From a virus, in UHGV virus genome UHGV-0185506: DNA of 18,650 bases; one strand, written 5' to 3'. Position 1 is the first letter of the stretch. Each line of letters begins with the position of its first letter. Below the pieces are notes generated by a model that had not been told where the DNA came from, searched no databases, and saw only the letters and a list, made by a program, of their open reading frames with translations. Positions 9,367 through 17,156 of this stretch are shown here, piece after piece. The translations under genes and the position numbers were made by a program.

Positions 9367-9374
9367 GCGTTAAA

Positions 9375-9869
9375 TCAGAACACCCCTTTAACTGAACTGG
9401 CTGCGCTGTTAAGGGATGACGTCACCTTATCTTTGAAGCCGGACAGCATATCACTGAACGATGAGGATTGCAGGCGCTCCCGCAAATCCTCATCACAGCG
9501 TTCAAGAGTCAGTGAAAATTCTATCTTTTTCGCCTTACCGTAGCGATCAAACTCGGAACGGGTCGTATTCGTTTCAGTCAGTACATACATGCCGTAAATC
9601 TGCCCAACACCATCAATCAGAGGCCAGGGGCGTCCTGTATATGCCTGCGTGGTCAGCAACGAAAGCGACACTTCGCCACCTGTAATTTCAGGATAAAGCA
9701 CGCCGGAAAGCACGATGCGATCATCACCTGCGCCGATATACTGCCAGCTTGCTGAACGGTTAACGCGTTCATTTTTCACATGCCGCCAGCTTTTGTTTTG
9801 CTGTAACAGCTGATGCGGCAATGTGCGCAGCTCAAAAACAAACATGCCGTAGATCATCATCATGGCCAT
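9375..9869 (-). CDS. U: Tail protein U (P2 gpU-like)
   Basis: …FVFELRTLPHQLLQQNKSWRHVKNERV…YPEITGG…WPLIDGVGQIYGMYVL matches the remembered gpU. Follows T on the same strand. Confidence 0.85.
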   Translation of the reverse strand: MAMMMIYGMFVFELRTLPHQLLQQNKSWRHVKNERVNRSASWQYIGAGDDRIVLSGVLYPEITGGEVSLSLLTTQAYTGRPWPLIDGVGQIYGMYVLTETNTTRSEFDRYGKAKKIEFSLTLERCDEDLRERLQSSSFSDMLSGFKDKVTSSLNSAASSVKGVF

Positions 9870-9875
9870 GACTCC

Positions 9876-12719
9876 TCAATCTTTATCGTAAAAACTGCCA
9901 CGTCCGGCACGGTCGCGTCGTTCCAATTCTGCCCTGACCATTTCACCGACCAGTTTCGCCAGTTCGCGGGGATTCTGCGTAACAACGTTATGCAGATGAA
10001 CATGAATTTCACCGCCAAATCCGGAGACAACAGGCTCCCGGTTACGGGAAGTTGCAGGAACTGATGCCACTGGCGATCGTATGGCCTCCGCCACCGGGCG
10101 GGAGCTGGCCGCAACAACAGGGACCAGCGCCGGAGGCAGAGGAGTCTGGACCACGGGTGTGATGTTGATTGCGGAAGCAGGCTTACTGACCTGCGCAATC
10201 TTCCGCTCCTGCCACTCCCCACGAACAGCAAGTGCGCGGGGCAGGTTCTTAAAGACAATATCGCCGGGGCCAATGCGTTTTTTCGTCTCATCAACCAGCT
10301 TACCTGTGTTATCAGCAATTTTGCTGAGTCTGCGTAGCGTACCGGTATTGCTGTCTGTGAGCGGTTTGTTGTCTTTGGGTTTATCACCTCCGGTGCCATT
10401 GCCATTTTCCACAAGCTTCGGCGGATTGATTTTCGCCAGGTCCCCCTGAAGCAAGGCAACCTTGTCCTGAAGAATGGCCGCACGCTGTGCGTCTTCGATT
10501 TTCTTGCGCGCCCTTTCCGCTTCATCCGGAAGCACACCGAGCTTTTCAAGTATCCACGCCAGCGTATCCAGCAACATTTTTGCAGGTGTCAGAACAAGTT
10601 GTAACGCACCACCAAGAACGTTACCGAATATCTCGCCAGCACTGGTACATTTATCCAGCGTTTCCTTGCTGGACTCCATCGGTGACAGCAGCGATTTAAA
10701 CCAGTTAAACACCTGGCTTATCCCGCTTCCGATTGCGTCAAAAACAGGACCAAACCGTTCAAAGGTTTCGCGCAACGGGGTCAGCCTTTCCATAATCCCG
10801 CTGAACACCCCGGCAAAAAATGCCCTGATGGGATCCCAGTATTTCCAGATAAGAACGGCAGCTCCGGCAAGCGCAGCCACGATAAGACCAACCGGACTGA
10901 ACAGCGCCCCGATAGCGCCTCCCAGCAAAGAAACGGAACCCGTCACCATTCCCCATAGTGCTGGCAGGAGCCTGACAGCATTCATTGATCTGGTCAGGAG
11001 GGAAAAACCAAGACGCAGTTTTGCCAGTGGACCAGCAAGCACACCAAGAGCAAGCGACAACGAGCCTACGGTTGCAGTCACTGCCAGCAGCGCACCGCCT
11101 GCAATCAGTAGCTGGCGCGTCAGTACAGGATGGGCCTGCGCCAGTGCCGTCACCTTTGAGACCACCCGCGTTAGCCACTGCGTGACAGAACGCAGCGAAC
11201 CGTCAACCAGATCACTGATGCGAATACGAAGACCTTCCCATGCGCTGTCGAGATTTTTCAGGTCGCCATCAAGGTTGTCGGCCATAACCTTTGCTGTGCG
11301 TTCAGCCTCACCGCGTGCGCCCTCAAGTTCTTTTCTCAGTTTGGGTAAGGAACCGTCACCCGCCGCATCAACGAGCGCCATAAACGATGTGAAAGCCTCT
11401 TCCCCGGCGATGTCCTTAAAGAAGGATACCCGGTCAACTTCCCCGTATTTGCGGGTAGCTTTATAAAGGTCAGCCAGCAGATCTTCCATCGGGCGCATTT
11501 TGCCCCCGGCATCCGAGACGGACACGCCCAGCTCTTTCAGAGCTTCTGCCGCCGCCTTTGGCGGTGATGCCAGACGAGCCAGGCTGGCACGCATTGCCGT
11601 CCCGGCATCACTCCCCCTGATGCCCATATTCGCCAGCACGCCCGCCATAGCTGCGGCCTGCTCCAGCGATATTCCCAGCTTACCCGCCACCGGACCTGCA
11701 TATTTCATGGTTTCGCCCAGTGCGCGAAGGTCAGTGTTGGTACGGGTAAACGCTGCGGTGAGTGTGTCACCGACCCGGTCCATCTGGTCAGCAGAAAGGC
11801 CGAACTGCGTCAGGATATTTGAGCCAATATCCGCCGTCTCGCCGAGATCCATACCGCCAGCCGTTGCCATGCTCAGCACGCCGGGAAGCGCAGCCTGAAT
11901 GGCCTGCGGAGTGAAGCCAGCCATTGCAAGAAATGCCTGTCCACTGGCGGCATCGCCTGCGGTGAACTGCGTTTCAGAGCCAAGTTTTAACGCCTGCTCA
12001 CGCAGCGCCTTAAACTGCGGGCTGTTTTTGTCGATTCGCGTCAGTGCCTGAACGCGGGACATCTCTTTCCCGAACCCGATCGCGGGCTGTAAAAAACGCC
12101 CGGCAGCATAGCCGCCCGCCGCTGCCGCACCAATTGCCAGCGCACCACCTGTTTTCAGTTTTCCCGCTGTTTCCTGCGCGCGCGAATACCGCTCACGCGC
12201 CTGCGTTACACGTGCAAGCGCCTGCCGTTCGCGTTCAAGCTGGTTGTTGTATTGTTCGGTGCGTCTGATGGCCTGCTGGATGGTGTTATCACTGCCTGTC
12301 AGGGAAATGCCGTGGCGTTTCAGCTCTCCGCCAAGCTCCCGCATTTTCTGAATTTCCCGTGCGCGCGATTCATTCAGGCGTTCAAGCCGGGTGCTTAACT
12401 GCTGCATCAGCTTTTGTTGTTTTTCGCTGAGCACTGCCCCCGTGCGTTGTAACTGATTAAGGGCGTTAAGTTGGCGTCGTGCTTTCACGATGCCAGCATC
12501 CGCTTTACTGACAGCGTCGCGGGCGCGCTCAAATGATCGCGCCTGACGCTCGAGATTTTTGATCGCCCCCTGCGTTCGCTGGATGGAGTCACCAAACTGC
12601 CCCATCAGGCGGCGTGCGTTTTCGGCAGGTCGGGTCAGCCTGTCAACGGCGCTGAAAGCGACCCGGATATCAAGAGTCTTCATCGTCTGCATTCCCACTG
12701 CGAAGTGCCGCCCGCTCAC
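9876..12719 (-). CDS. T: Tail tape measure protein T
   Basis: 947 aa, Ala/Gln/Arg-rich and coiled-coil-like, with internal hydrophobic segments. Position after E/E' and before U. Confidence 0.9.
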   Translation of the reverse strand: MSGRHFAVGMQTMKTLDIRVAFSAVDRLTRPAENARRLMGQFGDSIQRTQGAIKNLERQARSFERARDAVSKADAGIVKARRQLNALNQLQRTGAVLSEKQQKLMQQLSTRLERLNESRAREIQKMRELGGELKRHGISLTGSDNTIQQAIRRTEQYNNQLERERQALARVTQARERYSRAQETAGKLKTGGALAIGAAAAGGYAAGRFLQPAIGFGKEMSRVQALTRIDKNSPQFKALREQALKLGSETQFTAGDAASGQAFLAMAGFTPQAIQAALPGVLSMATAGGMDLGETADIGSNILTQFGLSADQMDRVGDTLTAAFTRTNTDLRALGETMKYAGPVAGKLGISLEQAAAMAGVLANMGIRGSDAGTAMRASLARLASPPKAAAEALKELGVSVSDAGGKMRPMEDLLADLYKATRKYGEVDRVSFFKDIAGEEAFTSFMALVDAAGDGSLPKLRKELEGARGEAERTAKVMADNLDGDLKNLDSAWEGLRIRISDLVDGSLRSVTQWLTRVVSKVTALAQAHPVLTRQLLIAGGALLAVTATVGSLSLALGVLAGPLAKLRLGFSLLTRSMNAVRLLPALWGMVTGSVSLLGGAIGALFSPVGLIVAALAGAAVLIWKYWDPIRAFFAGVFSGIMERLTPLRETFERFGPVFDAIGSGISQVFNWFKSLLSPMESSKETLDKCTSAGEIFGNVLGGALQLVLTPAKMLLDTLAWILEKLGVLPDEAERARKKIEDAQRAAILQDKVALLQGDLAKINPPKLVENGNGTGGDKPKDNKPLTDSNTGTLRRLSKIADNTGKLVDETKKRIGPGDIVFKNLPRALAVRGEWQERKIAQVSKPASAINITPVVQTPLPPALVPVVAASSRPVAEAIRSPVASVPATSRNREPVVSGFGGEIHVHLHNVVTQNPRELAKLVGEMVRAELERRDRAGRGSFYDKD

Positions 12720-12888
12720 GCCAGCTAACCACTTCGCCGGGCGTCATCATGAAGATTTCGGCGGGCGACCAGTTAAAAATAACGGCAATATCTGCCACAA
12801 AGTCTTCTATGTGCTCAAAGCACACAACCGTGATCAGGCTTCCGTCGCCTGTTCGTTCTTCCCGCCAGAGTCCGCACCGCTCAAAAAA
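12670..12888 (-). CDS. E': E' extension: -1 frame segment fused to E by programmed frameshift to give E+E', overlapping the T start
   Basis: The -1 frame is open from 12918 to 12670 and bridges the E stop to the T start. Slippery heptamer T TTT TTG on the minus strand at 12888-12882, read as N-F-L in frame 0 and as F-F-E after slippage. Confidence 0.7.
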   Translation of the reverse strand, partial: FFERCGLWREERTGDGSLITVVCFEHIEDFVADIAVIFNWSPAEIFMMTPGEVVSWRERAALRSGNADDEDS

Positions 12889-13202
12889 TTTACGGCAACC
12901 ACACATAACTGAATAAAGTCACGGGATGCCATTTTTTTGATCGTCACTTCATCCAGTCGCGGTGATGTCACGCGCGACAACAGCGTAAACATGGATTCCG
13001 CTTTCAGATTCAGCACATCAGACAGCGACAGACCACGCAGGGATCCAGCCTGCTCAATAGCCCCGGTGATCTCCACATACGTGATTTTTTCGTCGCCTCG
13101 CTCAATTGGTTGGGTAAGTTTTACGCCGCGCTCGCTGGTTTCTTTCGCAGTATCAGCAACCACCACAGCGTTTTCAGTATCGGTATTTTTCGTCTCTTTC
13201 AT
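12834..13202 (-). CDS. E: Tail assembly chaperone E (P2 gpE-like)
   Basis: 122 aa, acidic, between the tube gene and T. Contains the T TTT TTG slip site near its 3' end. Confidence 0.8.
   Translation of the reverse strand: MKETKNTDTENAVVVADTAKETSERGVKLTQPIERGDEKITYVEITGAIEQAGSLRGLSLSDVLNLKAESMFTLLSRVTSPRLDEVTIKKMASRDFIQLCVVAVNFLSGADSGGKNEQATEA
12882..12888 (-). other. Programmed -1 ribosomal frameshift slippery heptamer T TTT TTG
   Basis: Plus strand caaaaaa at 12882-12888 gives minus-strand TTTTTTG in the X XXY YYZ register of the E frame. Confidence 0.7.
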
Positions 13203-13256
13203 CAGAAAACTCCTTTCAGTCAGAGGCGACGCACTGCGCCGCCTGCATATTACTTA

Positions 13257-13769
13257 TCAGCCAAGCCCAAGCGCGGAACGGATGCGATCGGGCACAATGT
13301 CCTTGCCGTCCTTCCGGTAAATAAAGTTCAGCAGGTCAATCTCCCACAACGGGCGATCGTTAACACTCAGCTTGTAGTAGGTGTTTTTAATGGCGTAAGT
13401 GTGTGATGTGGCTTCGCCCTGTTTGGCTTCCCCCATATCAATTTCCGTCACACGTCCGCGCATTTCGACTTCATACAGGTCGCTTTCTGCATCGGTGTAG
13501 TATTCACCCGCAAAACGCAGCAGCGTGCCGTCAATCGTGCCACCATACTTAAGGAACAGCTCACGAACTGCGCCCCCCATGACAAAGCTCGCATCAAGCG
13601 CGGAGTCGTCCAGACCGAGATCAATACTTACCGCACCCATCATGCCGCCCCCCCGGTAGCTGTCGGTTTTGCGCGTCAGCTTAGGCAGAGTGACGGACGT
13701 CACCTTACCCACTTCGTTTTCACCATCCACAAACAGCGTAAAAAAGCGAAGATGTTTTGGCACAGCCAT
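13257..13769 (-). CDS. FII: Tail tube protein FII
   Basis: MAVPKHLRF…VTLPKLTRKTDSYRGGGM…LGLDD matches the remembered P2 FII. Start overlaps the FI stop (TGATG). Confidence 0.9.
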   Translation of the reverse strand: MAVPKHLRFFTLFVDGENEVGKVTSVTLPKLTRKTDSYRGGGMMGAVSIDLGLDDSALDASFVMGGAVRELFLKYGGTIDGTLLRFAGEYYTDAESDLYEVEMRGRVTEIDMGEAKQGEATSHTYAIKNTYYKLSVNDRPLWEIDLLNFIYRKDGKDIVPDRIRSALGLG

Positions 13770-14953
13770 CAGGCACCTCCCAACACCGCAAATGCGGGTT
13801 CAAAGTATTCATCAGTAAACGTCTGGTAAAGCTCCATGTCTTCCAGTGGCGGAACGGGCGTATATTTGTAGCGAATACGCACACGCCCCTGACGTAAATC
13901 CGTGGTGCTGTTATCCACCACGTCATACCAGCACTCCGCGCCAATCAGTTTCCCGGCAGTAACCAGTGAATCCAGCTTTGCCCTGATGGCACTGATAACA
14001 TCCTTCACGTTCGCAGGCGTCAGTGGACTGTCGATGGTTTCAAACTGCGCTTCCGCAATTGAATCAGCCAGCACCTGTGCGGTTCGGGTATACACCTCAA
14101 AGATGTAGGCGTTCGTTTCCGGTGTGCGATTGCCCCAGAAGCGGAACCCGTTGCGACGAATAATGGTCGTGATTTCTTTGTTGTTGAGGCTGTTGGCATC
14201 ACTGTCTTCGGCCTGCAACGACCAGAACACATGCCTGGACATTCCCAGCACATTTTTAACCGGAACGTTGGACAGCGATTTGTGCCAGCCCTGCTCATGG
14301 TCAATGTACGCACGAAGGCCGCACGCATAGGCAGGCGCGGGGAACGTTTCGTTTTCGCCACTTTTCGGGTTGTAGGCGATGAAGTCCGGCCATAAGAGCA
14401 TCACTTCACGTTCGTTGAATTTCTGGCGGTAGGTAATCGCTTCAGCCATCGTGTTACAGCCGTGACATGAGGCATACACAAACGCGCGCAGTTTACCCGC
14501 AATCACGCACAGGGATTTTGTCACCGCCTCCGTGTCCAGCTCCGGCGCGGCCAGAATACGCGGACGGTATCCGATGCTTTCATCCTGCTCTGCAACAAGC
14601 AGCGCATACATCCCCGTATAGCTGCCGTCATCCTCAGAACCACCGATAACCAGTTGATCCTGCGTCTTACCGTCTTCTTCTTTGTGTTCAGCCACGCGAA
14701 CGACGATCACCTTTGTGCTCACCTGGTCTGCGATGGCCTTAAGCGCACGATAAAGCGTCCCCGTTGTTCCGCATTTTCCCAGCACGTCATTGACGCGGGT
14801 CAGCAGTGTGGGCTTGTTCAGCGGGAACAGCTTCGCGTCCGCATCATCCGCCGTTGCCACGATACCGATAACGCTGGAATCAACATCGTTAATCGCTGTT
14901 ACCAGGTCGGTATTTTCCGTAACACGGGCACCATGAAAACGAGTTTCACTCAT
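13769..14953 (-). CDS. FI: Tail sheath protein FI
   Basis: Strong match to the remembered P2 FI across its length (…DADAKLFPLNKP…AIADQ…CGLRAYIDHEQGWHKSLSNV…RRNGFRFWGNRT…YTPVPPLE). SD AAGGGG upstream. Confidence 0.95.
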   Translation of the reverse strand: MSETRFHGARVTENTDLVTAINDVDSSVIGIVATADDADAKLFPLNKPTLLTRVNDVLGKCGTTGTLYRALKAIADQVSTKVIVVRVAEHKEEDGKTQDQLVIGGSEDDGSYTGMYALLVAEQDESIGYRPRILAAPELDTEAVTKSLCVIAGKLRAFVYASCHGCNTMAEAITYRQKFNEREVMLLWPDFIAYNPKSGENETFPAPAYACGLRAYIDHEQGWHKSLSNVPVKNVLGMSRHVFWSLQAEDSDANSLNNKEITTIIRRNGFRFWGNRTPETNAYIFEVYTRTAQVLADSIAEAQFETIDSPLTPANVKDVISAIRAKLDSLVTAGKLIGAECWYDVVDNSTTDLRQGRVRIRYKYTPVPPLEDMELYQTFTDEYFEPAFAVLGGA

Positions 14954-15034
14954 AGCTTCAGCCCCTTGTATCCGTTAAATGATTCGGCAACAATCATCAC
15001 CCACCACGCGCGTAATCTCACCCCTGCGCCGTTC

Positions 15035-15051
15035 TTGTCGCCCGGCGACAA
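15035..15051. promoter_or_regulatory. Perfect 17-bp palindrome TTGTCGCCCGGCGACAA in the divergent FI/D intergenic region; candidate activator site
   Basis: Seen directly in the sequence. Centred about 90 nt upstream of the FI ATG and about 68 nt upstream of the D ATG. The function is inferred, not shown. Confidence 0.3.
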
Positions 15052-15110
15052 CAAAAAGCAGTAACCCCGCCCGCACACACATGCGACCATGCCGCACAGG
15101 GAGGGAGCAG

Positions 15111-16220
15111 ATGACCGATACCACCATGCAATTGCTCAGTCAGGGCACAGACCCCGTGAAAATGCCGGATTTTGATATTCTTGCGGAGGGTAAAACGCTG
15201 TCAGGCGTGGCAGAGCGCCTGATGAGCCTGTCACTGACCGACAACCGGGGATTTGAGGCGGACCAGCTCACCATCACGCTGGATGATGCGGATGGTCAGT
15301 TGCAGCTACCGCCACGGGGCGCGCGCCTGACGGTTCTCATTGGCTGGAAAGGAGAACCGCTGACAGAAAAAGGCACTTACATTGTTGATGAAATCGCTCA
15401 CGAAGGACCGCCAGACAGGCTGACAGTTTCAGCCAGAAGCGCAGATTTTCGGGATGAATTTAACGTTAAACGTGAGGTGTCCTGGCATGATGTGACCGTT
15501 GAGCGTGTGGTATCCGCCATCGCTCATCGGTATGGTCTGAAACCGCAAATCAGCGAAATGCTGATGGATATCGAAATCGACCACGCCGACCAGACCGAAG
15601 AAAGCGACATGTCCTTCCTTACGCGCATGGCGGAAATGCTGGGCGCAATCACTACGGTAAAAAGCGGTAATCTGTTATTCATCATGCCAGGCGGTGGCGT
15701 GAACGCGCAGGGCCAGCCGTTGCCCTCGTTCGCCATCACACGCAGCAGCGGCGATCGCCATCAGTTCCGCATTGCTGACCGAGAGGCGTATACGGGGGTA
15801 CGCGCTTACTGGCTTGATCTTAATTACGGGAAAAAGAAAAAAGTCAGCGTGAAACGCCGCAAACCGCAAAAACCCAAAAAGGAGAAAAGCAGCAGCCGTG
15901 AAGGTGATTATATGGAAGGCGCGGAAGGCAATGTGTTTGTGTTACGCAAGACTTATCAGAACGAGCAGGCAGCAAGACGCGCAGCGGCGGCAAAGTGGCA
16001 GCAGCTACAACGCGGAGCCGCATCATTCTCCATCACGCTGGCGCGTGGACGCGCAGAACTCTATCCCGAAATGCATGGCACGGTAGCAGGCTTTAAAAGC
16101 GAGATTGATAATCAGGACTGGATTATTGCAAAAGCCGAGCACACCATTGATAACAGCGGCTTTACCACGCAGCTTGAGCTTGAGGCAAAAATCCCGGAAT
16201 GGATAGCGGAAACAGAGTGA
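15111..16220 (+). CDS. D: Late tail gene D product (P2 gpD-like)
   Basis: ATG at 15111 with SD GAGGGAG. …LSLTDNRGFEADQLTITLDDADG…RSADFRDEFNVKREVSWHD…ITRSSGDRHQFRIADREAYTGVRA…WLDLN… matches the remembered gpD throughout. The track ORF start at 14979 is an upstream extension. Confidence 0.9.
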   Translation: MTDTTMQLLSQGTDPVKMPDFDILAEGKTLSGVAERLMSLSLTDNRGFEADQLTITLDDADGQLQLPPRGARLTVLIGWKGEPLTEKGTYIVDEIAHEGPPDRLTVSARSADFRDEFNVKREVSWHDVTVERVVSAIAHRYGLKPQISEMLMDIEIDHADQTEESDMSFLTRMAEMLGAITTVKSGNLLFIMPGGGVNAQGQPLPSFAITRSSGDRHQFRIADREAYTGVRAYWLDLNYGKKKKVSVKRRKPQKPKKEKSSSREGDYMEGAEGNVFVLRKTYQNEQAARRAAAAKWQQLQRGAASFSITLARGRAELYPEMHGTVAGFKSEIDNQDWIIAKAEHTIDNSGFTTQLELEAKIPEWIAETE

Positions 16221-16261
16221 GCAACTTAGAATAGCGGCAGCACTACGTTAAGGGGGTTGCC

Positions 16262-16522
16262 ATGTTCCGTTGTCCGCTTTGTGGCGCATCTGCCCGTATC
16301 CGCACCAGTCGTTCGGAAAATGATTCAGATACCGTACGGAAAAAATATTACCAGTGTAACAACCTGGAATGCGGCGTATGCTTCTCAACACTGGAAGCTT
16401 TCCATAAATTCACATCGAAACACGCCTCCGGCGTTCACTCTTCAGATGGTATCCCGTGGCATGAGCTGCCAGCTTCACACAGGGGAAACAATCAGATGAG
16501 TTTGCCTTTACCTCAGAATTAA
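16262..16522 (+). CDS. ogr: Late gene transcription activator, Ogr/Delta zinc-finger family
   Basis: MFRCPLCGASARIRTSR…YYQCNNLECGVCF carries the CxxC…CxxC arrangement and N-terminal similarity to the remembered P2 Ogr. SD AAGGGGG upstream. Confidence 0.85.
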   Translation: MFRCPLCGASARIRTSRSENDSDTVRKKYYQCNNLECGVCFSTLEAFHKFTSKHASGVHSSDGIPWHELPASHRGNNQMSLPLPQN

Positions 16523-16712
16523 CAGGCAGAATTGCCGGAGCAACAAAAAAGCGATAGATTACGCGCGGGTGCCTTTCGGCTGATGGTCGGAGGGAATACC
16601 CGAAGGCCAGATGTGGAAAGGCCCCGGAAAACATTTTTGTTTAACCGAGGCCCTAACCGTCTACCCTAAGCAAGTGATAGGTTAGCGCCTCCCCGAAAAA
16701 GGAGCAAGCGCT

Positions 16713-16853
16713 ATGTCGCAAAAATCGCTTATGGCCATCACGTTCTGCGTGACGGCAATCCTCATCATCTGGATGCTGCACGGTTCGCTGTGCGAAATAC
16801 GGATGAGCTTCTGGGGAGCGGAGTTTGCGGCGTTCTTACAGTGTAAGCAGTAA
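16713..16853 (+). CDS. Hok/Gef-family type I toxin (46 aa); absent from the ORF track because of its length
   Basis: Translation MSQKSLMAITFCVTAILIIWMLHGSLCEIRMSFWGAEFAAFLQCKQ. One TM helix followed by the SLCEIR…AAF signature, as in Hok (…[23 protein letters not shown]). SD AAGGAG 6 nt upstream of the ATG. Confidence 0.65.
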   Translation: MSQKSLMAITFCVTAILIIWMLHGSLCEIRMSFWGAEFAAFLQCKQ

Positions 16854-16942
16854 GGAAACCGCGACGGGGGAGCAATCCCCCGTCAATCGGTTGCCAGGGT
16901 AAGGTCGATAAGGCACCCTATCTCACAGACATGAACAACAAA

Positions 16943-16974
16943 CCCGCAGCATAAAAACTGCGGGTTTTCTTTTT
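16943..16974 (+). terminator. Intrinsic terminator downstream of the hok-like gene
   Basis: CCCGCAG-cataaaaa-CTGCGGG followed by ttttcttttt. Confidence 0.7.
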
Positions 16975-17120
16975 GGTGTCCTCACCGACTTGAAACAGTG
17001 ATCAGACTATAAGACAAAGCCCACAATGTAGCGGGCTTACTCCCCTCCCCCCACTAAATGTGGACACATCGTGGAACGAAGAGATATAAAACATTATAAA
17101 TCAATTGGTTATTGAAAGAA

Positions 17121-17150
17121 AAAAGGCCGCAGAGCGGCCTTTTTAGTTAG
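17121..17150 (-). terminator. ihfA intrinsic terminator (bidirectional hairpin)
   Basis: aaaaaa-GGCCGC-agag-GCGGCC-ttttt immediately downstream of the ihfA stop. Confidence 0.75.
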
Positions 17151-17156
17151 ATCAGA

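Noticed and set aside
10474-11466. 330-aa plus-strand ORF (with others at 10081-10449, 10759-11178, 11500-11898, 12044-12268) inside the tape measure gene
   Set aside because: These are antisense or out-of-frame to the well-supported 947-aa T gene. They are low-complexity, Ala/Ser/Pro/Arg-rich, have no SD, and are typical spurious frames in GC-rich coding DNA.
14654-15064. 136-aa plus-strand ORF overlapping the FI 5' end and the FI/D intergenic region
   Set aside because: Antisense to the strongly supported sheath gene. No start-site context. The conserved D start is at 15111.
16410-16634. 74-aa minus-strand ORF and 80-aa plus-strand ORF (16257-16499) overlapping ogr
   Set aside because: The Ogr frame (16262-16522) carries the zinc-finger signature. 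The alternatives have no support.
16582-16668. Short ORFs upstream of the hok-like gene considered as a mok-like leader
   Set aside because: Neither candidate overlaps the hok start in the way mok does in plasmid R1 hok/sok. The leader and antisense RNA could not be placed, so they are left unannotated.
16523-17156. Search for a tRNA or tmRNA gene as an integration target
   Set aside because: No T-loop-like GTTCGAATCC-type sequence or cloverleaf-compatible stems were seen by eye. No tRNA is called.
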